63,961 nucleotides of DNA, taken from an uncultured Candidatus Saccharibacteria bacterium (GTDB taxonomy: Bacteria > Patescibacteriota > Saccharimonadia > Saccharimonadales > AWTP1-31). The translations under genes were made by a program, and so were the position numbers. The stretch lies in the NCBI GenBank assembly GCA_964634445.1, contig CAZWJA010000005.1, positions 1-63,961 on the forward strand, read 5' to 3'. Positions 56,881-63,961 of this stretch are shown piece by piece (the stretch's first letter is position 1; each line of letters opens with the position of its first letter). The notes beneath the pieces were generated by a model. It was not told the origin of the DNA, made no database searches, and was given only the letters and a program-made list of their open reading frames with translations.

Positions 56881-57497
56881 AAATCCTTATATTTAATTGC
56901 CGTGTAACCCTCTTTGACCAAAATAAAAACAAAAAATAGTCCAGCCACTGGGTCTAGCCACCAAATACCATATAAATAGTTAGCAACAAGCCCAATAAGT
57001 AGTGCTAAGGACATAAGCACACATACGACTGTTTGCTTACTATCAGCTATTAGGCTATGACTACCTATTTCTTTACCTGTTTTATTTTTTAGATACGCAA
57101 GCGTCGGAATAACCAAAAGCGACAGTACCGCTATAACAATGCCAAATAGGCTTGGAGTTGCAACTTCATTGCCAATAAGACTCTTCATAGCTTCATAGAG
57201 CACGTAAGCTGCGAGTATAAAGAATGTTGCACCCACTAGATTGGCAGCTTTGGCCTCTACCCGCTCTTCTTCTTCCTCGCTAATTTTGCCGTGCTTACTC
57301 AGTCGCCAAATCATCACACTACCCGAAAGGCTCTCAATAAAACTATCAAGCCCGAATCCAACGAGAGCTACACTTCCAGTAGCTGCACCTACAACAACCG
57401 AAATAATTCCTTCAATGACATTGTACGCAACGGTTACGTAAGAAAGTAAAAGACCAAATCTGTATTTATCTGCAATTTCTGTATTTGTACTAGACAT
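56874..57497 (-). CDS. CDF-like cation transporter, transmembrane domain only
   Basis: 207 aa. LSYVTVAYNVIEGIISVVVG...VGFGLDSFIESLSG resembles the CDF TM core. There is no C-terminal domain. It overlaps the next CDF gene by 7 nt. Confidence 0.55.
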   Translation of the reverse strand: MSSTNTEIADKYRFGLLLSYVTVAYNVIEGIISVVVGAATGSVALVGFGLDSFIESLSGSVMIWRLSKHGKISEEEEERVEAKAANLVGATFFILAAYVLYEAMKSLIGNEVATPSLFGIVIAVLSLLVIPTLAYLKNKTGKEIGSHSLIADSKQTVVCVLMSLALLIGLVANYLYGIWWLDPVAGLFFVFILVKEGYTAIKYKDLC

Positions 57498-57509
57498 AAT
57501 GTAATTCTA

Positions 57510-57992
57510 TCAGTTATCAGTCTTAGTTACTTTACTATTCGTGATCATATGAACAGCCAGATTGGTTAATAGAGTAGCAAGTAATGCAATTCCTATGCCG
57601 CCAATAATGTCCTCTACGTGATGAACTTTGGCTAACACCCTAGCGATACCAACTAAGCAAGCGGCGATAAATAATATTCCTGCAAATTGCTTACTATATC
57701 GCCATAGTAATGAAGTTATCAAAACTGCTGCTACGGTATGGTTTGAGGGAAACCCATTAGTGGAGCTGTGCGGAAACAATGGCGTAAAGTTGCCGTCTAC
57801 AAAAGGACGAGGATTGTAATAAATGTCTCCAGCTATCTTCACCAAAATCAGAGCAACCAAAACACCAATGACATATACGAGAATAATTGATTTGAGTTCC
57901 CCTCTTGGTAATCTAAGGAAAAAGTAAAGCAGTACAAAAATACCTATCAGATATATCAGATATTGAGCAACGAAGATTGTCATCGTGTCCAT
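57510..57992 (-). CDS. PAP2-family membrane phosphatase (undecaprenyl-diphosphatase-like)
   Basis: 160 aa. YYNPRPF, FPSNHT and ARVLAKVHHVEDIIGG match the three PAP2 motifs. Confidence 0.75.
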   Translation of the reverse strand: MDTMTIFVAQYLIYLIGIFVLLYFFLRLPRGELKSIILVYVIGVLVALILVKIAGDIYYNPRPFVDGNFTPLFPHSSTNGFPSNHTVAAVLITSLLWRYSKQFAGILFIAACLVGIARVLAKVHHVEDIIGGIGIALLATLLTNLAVHMITNSKVTKTDN

Positions 57993-57995
57993 ACG

Positions 57996-58451
57996 TTATT
58001 TACTTCTTGTCTTGTATAGGAAGTATAGGGGGACGCTCACAAGCGGTATCATTAAAAATAGCCCTGGATATAACAAAGGCAACAATATGTGATTTGGTTC
58101 GTAGCTACCGCCTATTAGTATCTGAGCAGTCGCAAAAGTTACATAACTGATACATACAAACATCACAACGTGGCACAGTGCAAACAACCAGTCAGCCAGC
58201 ATATCTGGCTTAGTAGATTTTTTTATATAGAACAAATATACGTAAAAGATCGCCCGAACAATAAACACCGCACCGAACGTAATAAGTGGGATAAAAACCG
58301 CTCTAGCAACTTCAACTATTGCCCCACTGTACAACCACATAAAGTAATTGAGTCCCAATATTAGAAACGTATGAGTTGCTTCCCAAGTAGCGTGTAGGTA
58401 TTCCCCGCCCTTATCTAACGGCTTACCGATGCGACGAAATGCAATAAACAA
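57996..58451 (-). CDS. Small polytopic membrane protein downstream of cydA (possible non-canonical oxidase subunit; upstream part separated by an in-frame TAG)
   Basis: 151-aa ORF from TTG at 58451. A 20-codon hydrophobic ORF (ATG at 58514, overlapping the cydA stop as TAATG) runs in the same frame and ends at TAG 58454..58452, directly before it. Confidence 0.45.
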   Translation of the reverse strand: MFIAFRRIGKPLDKGGEYLHATWEATHTFLILGLNYFMWLYSGAIVEVARAVFIPLITFGAVFIVRAIFYVYLFYIKKSTKPDMLADWLFALCHVVMFVCISYVTFATAQILIGGSYEPNHILLPLLYPGLFLMIPLVSVPLYFLYKTRSK

Positions 58452-58513
58452 CTAAACAAGAAACATTGGAATATAAATAACGAGTGGTACGATCACAAAC
58501 CAGATTGCAGACA

Positions 58514-59851
58514 TTACAATAAGCCTTCCGCTGGCTTAACCTTGCCCTGTTTCTTGAACAGCAGCCACAGGGCTATCGTAGTAACGATAAAGAGTACTAT
58601 AAACAGAACTGGGAATATATAACCCCACGAACCTATTTGTCCCGAAAAGGCTTGATCAGTACGCATATAGCCATTAACTACAAATGGCTGGCGACCAAAC
58701 TCTGCAACCATCCAGCCAAGCTCCACAATTACTATTGCTAGTGGACCAAGCGGTAATAATGCAATGAGTAGCGGTTTCTTGTAACGCCAAGCACGATAAC
58801 TTTCCTTTAGCTTTTTGTAATGTAATGCGGTGAACAAGATAATTACCCCAGAAACTATTGCGACCAGTAGCAGCTTTGACTCAAACAAAATATTCACAAA
58901 TAGCATAGGCCATGTATTTTTCGGAAATTCTTGCAGACCTTTCACTTCGGTTGAAGGACTATTGCCAGCCAAGACACTTAGCATGTTCGGTATGCGAATA
59001 CCGCCCTCAACTGTGCCATCCTCTTGCCATTCTCCGCCAATAATGTACGGTGCATTTGTACGAGTTTCTTCATTTAACTCTATGGCTGCAAACTTTCTAG
59101 GTTGCGACTTTGCCAAGTATTGTGATTGGAAATGACCTAATAATGCCGTTACTGCTACAATCAAAACCGCAGTAGCCGAGAGACGGAACATAATCTGCCT
59201 GACTGCCTGCTGATCTTTACCGCTAGGCTTAAACTTCAAAGTGTAAAAAGCGTAAATCCCAAGTACACAGAGCACAGTGGCAAGGTAGTAGCCAGCAACT
59301 GAATGACTAACCATATAGAATGCGGTTTTAGAGAGTAACGCTCCAAGCGGATTGTCTGTCTGCACCACTCCATCAACAACATTAAGTACGCCTGGATTCT
59401 GCATCCACGCATTTCCAAGAGTAATAGCAAAAGCTGACCCAAATGAACCTATGGCGACAGGTACGCCCAATAACCAGTGTTTCCAGCCTTTTACTTTGCC
59501 CCATGTGGAAACATAAAACGCTAAGAACACGGCTTCCAACATAAAGGCGTAACCTTCCCAACCAAACGCAAGCCCCATAACTGGACCACCAAACTCAATC
59601 AACTTGCCCCACATCAGAGACATTTGAATTGATATGATTGTCCCTGATGCAACTCCTGCCACAACCAAAATTACGGTGGCATAAGAAAGTCGTTTGGCGT
59701 GTTCTAGAATTAAAGGGTCTTTTCTGCGTAACCCAAGTTGCTCTATCAGCAAAATTACTAACGGAAGACCGACACCAAGCAACGCAAAAATGATGTGAAA
59801 GCCGAGGCTATCTGCCATTAGAGCTCTAGCTGCGTCAGTATCAATGGGCAT
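58514..59851 (-). CDS. cydA: Cytochrome bd-type oxidase subunit I (short Q-loop type)
   Basis: 445 aa. N-terminal ARALMADSLGFHIIFALLGVG (heme b558 His region) and the signature ELGWMVAEFGRQPFVV (GWxxxExGRQPW). Confidence 0.85.
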   Translation of the reverse strand: MPIDTDAARALMADSLGFHIIFALLGVGLPLVILLIEQLGLRRKDPLILEHAKRLSYATVILVVAGVASGTIISIQMSLMWGKLIEFGGPVMGLAFGWEGYAFMLEAVFLAFYVSTWGKVKGWKHWLLGVPVAIGSFGSAFAITLGNAWMQNPGVLNVVDGVVQTDNPLGALLSKTAFYMVSHSVAGYYLATVLCVLGIYAFYTLKFKPSGKDQQAVRQIMFRLSATAVLIVAVTALLGHFQSQYLAKSQPRKFAAIELNEETRTNAPYIIGGEWQEDGTVEGGIRIPNMLSVLAGNSPSTEVKGLQEFPKNTWPMLFVNILFESKLLLVAIVSGVIILFTALHYKKLKESYRAWRYKKPLLIALLPLGPLAIVIVELGWMVAEFGRQPFVVNGYMRTDQAFSGQIGSWGYIFPVLFIVLFIVTTIALWLLFKKQGKVKPAEGLL

Positions 59852-59853
59852 AT

Positions 59854-60360
59854 TTATTCAACAACTGTAACGCTGCCTTTCATATAGGGGTGCGGTGAAC
59901 AGTGGTATGGGCTGCTACTAACCTCATTAAAAGTGAAGCTATAACTTTCGCCTTTAGCCAGTAAGCGACTTGCTAAGACGTCAGACTTTTCTTCATCTTT
60001 AGTTGGTGCGTCGTGAGCGTCATTATCGTTTTCGTGCTCTTGCATTACATTGTGCTGTACTGCGTCTTGGTTGGTCCAAGTTACAGTTGTACCTTTTTTA
60101 ATCTTTATATTGGGCTGCTCGTACTTGAAATCCTTTATGTCCATTGATACTTCTGTCTGATTGGTCAAATCAACTGCATCACCTAAATCTGCGTTATCGC
60201 TATTATGATGACCGTCACTATTTGTTTGGTCATGAGCAGCAGTGCTGGTTTTAGCATTTTGCTTTTCTTTGACTGACGGACTGAGTACCAACACGGCTCC
60301 CGCAAGACCAACACCGAAGACTACTACTGTTAATGCTATGATTGTTTCTTTTGTGCTCAT
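59854..60360 (-). CDS. Membrane-anchored cupredoxin (type 1 copper) domain protein
   Basis: 168 aa with an N-terminal TM. VQHNVM and YHCSPHPYMKG supply the H...C-x2-H-x2-M blue-copper ligand pattern. Confidence 0.7.
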   Translation of the reverse strand: MSTKETIIALTVVVFGVGLAGAVLVLSPSVKEKQNAKTSTAAHDQTNSDGHHNSDNADLGDAVDLTNQTEVSMDIKDFKYEQPNIKIKKGTTVTWTNQDAVQHNVMQEHENDNDAHDAPTKDEEKSDVLASRLLAKGESYSFTFNEVSSSPYHCSPHPYMKGSVTVVE

Positions 60361-60364
60361 ATTG

Positions 60365-61126
60365 TTATTGGCCTTGTTGAGTTTCTCTGTCGTGCTCCTC
60401 TTGGGTTTCTCCAGGATTTAGACCACTGCCCGAAGTTGGTGCAGTCTGAGTATTTGTAGGTTGAGCAGAGGATGGCTTGGGTGTAACTCCCGCTTCTTTC
60501 AAAGCATCTTCTATCATTTTCGAAAGAGCCTCGGCTGTTGGTCCAGGATTCTCTACCTTCTTACCGTTGATCGCAAATGTAGGAGTACCTGAACCTCCGA
60601 GTGTTTTTACATCTGCCAAGTCTTTATTAACAACTGCATTTACCTCACTGCTAATAAAATCGGCTTTATATTTGGTCATATCCAGTCCAATCTCTTTGGC
60701 GTAACTATCAAAGTAGCTTGTCGGGTCTTTCGTTTGCTCCCATGTCTTTTGACCCTCAAATAACTTATCGTGCATTTCCCAGAACTTACCTTGTCTTGCA
60801 GCAGCTTCTGCTGTTCGTGCAGCTTGCATAGCAAATTGATGTCCTGAAGTTATCGGGAAATATCGTACTTGAAACCTTACTTGGTCTTTGTATTGTTCTT
60901 TAACCTGTTTTACATATGGGTAGTAGGCATAGCAAGCCTCACACTGAAAATCCACAAACTCGGTTATTGTTACGGGGCTGTCTTCTTTACCGTAGTAATT
61001 ACTTGAGCCTTTGGAGGCTGCCGAACTATCACCTGCGTTATTTTTATCTGATTTGCCAAACATAGCGAAGCCGAAAAAGCCGACTATGATAACCGCTAAT
61101 ACAATCCAAAACTTCTTACCGTCCAT
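60365..61126 (-). CDS. DsbA-like thiol:disulfide oxidoreductase (thioredoxin fold), membrane anchored
   Basis: 253 aa with an N-terminal TM. FVDFQCEACYAY (CxxC) and GTPTFAINGKK (cis-Pro loop region). Confidence 0.78.
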   Translation of the reverse strand: MDGKKFWIVLAVIIVGFFGFAMFGKSDKNNAGDSSAASKGSSNYYGKEDSPVTITEFVDFQCEACYAYYPYVKQVKEQYKDQVRFQVRYFPITSGHQFAMQAARTAEAAARQGKFWEMHDKLFEGQKTWEQTKDPTSYFDSYAKEIGLDMTKYKADFISSEVNAVVNKDLADVKTLGGSGTPTFAINGKKVENPGPTAEALSKMIEDALKEAGVTPKPSSAQPTNTQTAPTSGSGLNPGETQEEHDRETQQGQ

Positions 61127-61171
61127 TTATAACTCCTTATATTTAAAATTACCGTTGCTAAACAGGTAATC

Positions 61172-61513
61172 TCAAAATCGGAGTTGTGTCGTCAGGTGTA
61201 TCTTTTGTTTATTACTTACAAACCATAAAACACCAAAAACAGGCATCACGTATAACAAAGCCAGATCGATAGGTATCTGTAACCAGCCAAATACTGGTGG
61301 TATAGGTTCTTTATCGTCTTCTTCATCTTTATTTTCTTGGTTATTAATTGCATTTGCTTGGCCGTGTGAGTGACACGATGAGTTACAACTAGCTTTCTGC
61401 TGGTTAGGATTGCTCGTATGAGCCGACAGCACACCTAGTGAGCATACCGTTAACAATGCTCCTATAAGCAAGGTAGCTAGTGTTCTGCTAGAAGATTTAA
61501 TCAACCGCCGCAC
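61172..61513 (-). CDS. Small bitopic protein with Cys/His-rich ectodomain
   Basis: 113 aa with an N-terminal signal/TM. CNSSCHSHGQ, then an acidic stretch and a C-terminal TM. Confidence 0.45.
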   Translation of the reverse strand: MRRLIKSSSRTLATLLIGALLTVCSLGVLSAHTSNPNQQKASCNSSCHSHGQANAINNQENKDEEDDKEPIPPVFGWLQIPIDLALLYVMPVFGVLWFVSNKQKIHLTTQLRF

Positions 61514-62373
61514 GTACTATCCGTAAGCGGTTCAAGATCATTGAACCTATCTTTAATTTGCTGGTCAGTTGGTTTATCTTTTTGTGCAAAAATAACGATA
61601 TTGCCGACAAGGTTGTTTATGCGAGTGAGCTTTTGTTCCTCGGTTTCTGTATCTGCTGTTGTAGCATTGGTTGTTGAGTGATCTTCATCTCCATGAGCGT
61701 AGGCTTTCGGGAAGACCTTATCTAATAGGCTCGTCTTACCTTTATTTATGTCGTGGGCTGGGAAGTTGCTGGTTGTATTGAAGAAAGTTTCTAAGTCTTG
61801 GTCTTTCCATTCATTAAAACTGCGTTCTTTATAGCCGTTCTCGTCGCCTGTATAGACATAGAACTTAGCGTCTTTGGGTACGTCTGGCAGGTAATCGCCG
61901 TGCGTTGTAACCTTTTGTATATCCTTGAGGTTGTCGAGCTTGTAGCCTAAAGCATTGTCCATACCACCGATATAATTCCAGCCGTAATACTTCATTACCA
62001 TACCGCCAGTCATGCCTTCCCAGTGAATATGAGTAAACTGGTCTTTATTGTCGTGGAAATGAATAGGCTGTTCTGGTAGGTTAGCGTTGCATTGGTCTTT
62101 GGCATAGCCTGTTTGGTAGGCTTTGGTACTGAAGTCTTCGGCTTTACCGTTTACCAATATTTGCATACGGAAGTGATAGTGTTCTAGCTTAGGGTCACGG
62201 ACAACTGCTGGTGAAGTTGCATAGACGTAGCCAGCATAGGATAGAGGTATCAAAGCTATGGCAACAGCAACTGCCAGCCCGATTCTCACACGCTTGCCGA
62301 TCCGTCGTTTTGATGTAGATTTTTCTTGTATCGCACTACCCTCAATAGGAACTTCATCACTTTTTTCAGTCAT
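61501..62373 (-). CDS. Membrane-anchored His-rich protein of unknown function
   Basis: 290 aa with an N-terminal TM. LEHYHFRMQILVNG...PIHFHDNKDQFTHIHWEG...AHGDEDH suggests extracytoplasmic metal binding. TATAAT lies 6 nt upstream of the ATG with no Shine-Dalgarno sequence, so the transcript may be leaderless. Confidence 0.5.
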   Translation of the reverse strand: MTEKSDEVPIEGSAIQEKSTSKRRIGKRVRIGLAVAVAIALIPLSYAGYVYATSPAVVRDPKLEHYHFRMQILVNGKAEDFSTKAYQTGYAKDQCNANLPEQPIHFHDNKDQFTHIHWEGMTGGMVMKYYGWNYIGGMDNALGYKLDNLKDIQKVTTHGDYLPDVPKDAKFYVYTGDENGYKERSFNEWKDQDLETFFNTTSNFPAHDINKGKTSLLDKVFPKAYAHGDEDHSTTNATTADTETEEQKLTRINNLVGNIVIFAQKDKPTDQQIKDRFNDLEPLTDSTCGG

Positions 62374-62495
62374 AGGCTAATTATAAACCATTTCCCCCTG
62401 TTTCTTTAGATTACAGTCTACTTGTCATCTTTCGCATAAAAACCTCCTCAACGACCCCTGGAAGCTCTCCAGAGCGTATTTGAATTGGTCAACAG

Positions 62496-62551
62496 TCGTT
62501 CATTAAAATTGCTAGGAATAATAGGGCGAACTGCTCACAGATTTTTTTTGG
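62496..62551. repeat. Inter-cassette element copy D
   Basis: TCGTTCATT...(38 nt)...CACAGATTTTTTTTGG, followed by ACCTTTAATGTCATTTTAGC, which resembles copy C. Confidence 0.45.
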
Positions 62552-62740
62552 GTATATTTACCTTTAATGTCATTTTAGCTGTTAATTATAGGCAATATTA
62601 CCGTGATTATTTCGTCAGTATCAACTTGCTGTTTTTTTCTTTTTTCTCGTGTCATATTTTCATACTAACAGGAGTGGTGATCTTACACAAAATTGAAGAA
62701 AACCCCACAAAAGCAAGGGAGTTTTTGCATAACTGTCAGA

Positions 62741-62971
62741 TCAACGGGTTGTAAAAAAAGGCGTAGGTACTTCGCTCTGATACTTATACGCTTTGATTAT
62801 TAGCTCCGTGAATTCAGGCTCATTATTCAAGTATCTGTAGAAGGAATCTCTAGAAATTTTATTCTTCCGACAAGTCTCTGACACAGAATTATTATGTTGA
62901 ATATCGTCTGCAATGTTGATTAAGGTTAGGTAAGTTATTTTATGGCGATTGCTGATTGTCTTTTTGATCAT
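62741..62971 (-). CDS. Small helix-turn-helix protein
   Basis: 76 aa. SVSETCRKNKISRDSFYRYL is a typical HTH of small phage/IS-type regulators. Confidence 0.5.
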   Translation of the reverse strand: MIKKTISNRHKITYLTLINIADDIQHNNSVSETCRKNKISRDSFYRYLNNEPEFTELIIKAYKYQSEVPTPFFTTR

Positions 62972-63064
62972 ATTAGATTCCTCTTTTTGTGTTAGTCTCC
63001 TCTTTTTATTATCTCAAATTCACTATTCTGCTAGATGTTGCAAATCACCTATAATAGTTAGCAA

Positions 63065-63856
63065 ATGAGCGAAAACACTGATAACGCAAACGATTATGCA
63101 TTAGCTAGACTTCTGAACGAACGTGTAATTAGAATATTCTACCAACTAGATGATCTGAGGGTCTTACCTGATCACGCATCCCTTAATCGGAGCTATGTAT
63201 TGCTGGCAAATGAACTTAAACAGATTTACGCACGCCAGCCTGAACTACAGAAAATTGGTGGAACTATTTGCTGGCGAGTAATGGACAACGTTGAGATGTT
63301 TCATGAAAATATTGGAGAGTACAAAACGATAGCATATGAATACACACACTCAGGGGCTGATTATGGCGAGGAGCATAATGCAAATGTAACCACGCTCTGT
63401 ATTAAAGCAGGAATACGTCAGCCAGTATTATCGTCAAAACTTGAAAAACTATTGGCTGAAGCTGATTCTAGTATCAATGCTTTTCAGTATGAATTAGATA
63501 AGATGGAAGCCAGACTATCATTTGAGAAAATTACCATTCCAGTAATTACTATTGGAGATACATCCTATCGTTTGTCATCAATGCGTAATGGTATAGCATT
63601 TGAGATTATTTCCTACTGCTTTGAAAAATTCCCAGACGAGTTCGTCGGACTGCCAAGTATCAAAAAATATCTGCAATTAGAGGAATTAGACGAAGCTGAT
63701 ATAACCAACCTGCGAGATAAAATGCGTGGCTCACATTTTGATGATAAGGGTCCACTTCAACCATTTATAGAAATTTCACCACGAAAGCTGAAAATTAAGA
63801 AAATAACTGCACTAACAGATGAAGAAGTTGCTTCAATCAAAGCTGCCAGCAAGTAA
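63065..63856 (+). CDS. Hypothetical protein
   Basis: 263-aa ORF divergent from the HTH gene. No motif recognised. Confidence 0.45.
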   Translation: MSENTDNANDYALARLLNERVIRIFYQLDDLRVLPDHASLNRSYVLLANELKQIYARQPELQKIGGTICWRVMDNVEMFHENIGEYKTIAYEYTHSGADYGEEHNANVTTLCIKAGIRQPVLSSKLEKLLAEADSSINAFQYELDKMEARLSFEKITIPVITIGDTSYRLSSMRNGIAFEIISYCFEKFPDEFVGLPSIKKYLQLEELDEADITNLRDKMRGSHFDDKGPLQPFIEISPRKLKIKKITALTDEEVASIKAASK

Positions 63857-63961
63857 AACAATTCGTATTTATTCGTAGTAAACAACTTTCTTTCGGACTA
63901 ACACGGTACGTAAACAACTCAAGACCTTTGCAACATCTGACTAGGCGTCAGTAACTGTATG

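Noticed and set aside
45933-62503. Recurrent ATGAACGA on the minus strand of each inter-cassette element, and also at the start of the Crp gene (MNE...), as conserved start of a leader peptide
   Set aside because: The downstream reading frames are 4-24 codons long and share no sequence beyond Met-Asn. This is more likely a nucleotide-level motif than a coding one.
45741-62551. Integron-type attC sites, a CRISPR array, or IS or transposon boundaries in the accessory array
   Set aside because: I saw no regularly spaced short direct repeats (CRISPR), no GTTRRRY-bounded imperfect palindromes (attC), and no intI, transposase or terminal inverted repeats. The elements are therefore reported only as an unclassified inter-cassette repeat.
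63033-63938. 12-bp perfect inverted repeat (AGATGTTGCAAA / TTTGCAACATCT) flanking the 263-aa gene, as possible MITE or IS ends
   Set aside because: A rough expectation for 12-mers pairing within 1 kb somewhere in 64 kb is of the order of a few by chance. There are no target-site duplications or transposase.

Overview
This 63,961-bp window comes from a gene-dense, AT-leaning bacterial genome. The gene content is what I would expect from a reduced Saccharibacteria/Patescibacteria-type episymbiont: gyrB-gyrA abutting an rRNA operon, an LPXTG adhesin, an orphan TraD/VirD4-like ATPase, a roughly 15-kb type IV pilus super-operon and almost no biosynthetic genes. That placement is inference from gene content only. 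All calls rest on motif recognition in the supplied ORF translations and on reading the DNA by eye; no homology search was run.

The window has three zones.

(i) 1-30.9 kb is core housekeeping. It holds the 16S 5' end, gyrA/gyrB, infC-rpmI-rplT, RNase P RNA, an ASCH-RNase HI fusion, rpmB, miaA, an ATL protein, thrS with a T-box leader, nrdR, a processive GT2 synthase, six tRNAs (all with encoded CCA), BrnTA, ndk and a Xer recombinase. A striking 1.4-kb ORF-free AT-rich spacer carries two candidate small structured RNAs.

(ii) 30.9-45.7 kb is one minus-strand type IV pilus locus. It contains a PilX-like protein, three minor pilins, PilD, PilA, PilC, PilT, PilB and PilMNO-like genes. A 762-aa secreted Gly/Asn/Thr-rich protein sits at its 5' end.

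(iii) 45.7-63.96 kb is an accessory array of cassettes separated by related non-coding elements. Two of these elements are ~300-bp direct repeats whose embedded mini-ORF differs almost only at synonymous sites.
- Cassette 1: Crp-family regulator, VKOR, cytochrome-b/MsrP-like molybdoenzyme fusion, NarK-like MFS transporter and a histidine phosphatase.
- Cassette 2: an uncharacterised three-gene operon ending in a HEPN (RNxxxH) putative RNase next to an 851-aa all-helical protein. This is my best candidate for a previously undescribed defence or toxin system.
- Cassette 3: two CDF transporters, PAP2, CydA without a canonical CydB (its small downstream partner is split by an in-frame TAG), cupredoxin, DsbA-like protein and Cys/His-rich membrane proteins.
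- Right edge: an HTH gene divergent from a 263-aa unknown.

I saw no CRISPR array, transposase or integrase inside the accessory zone.
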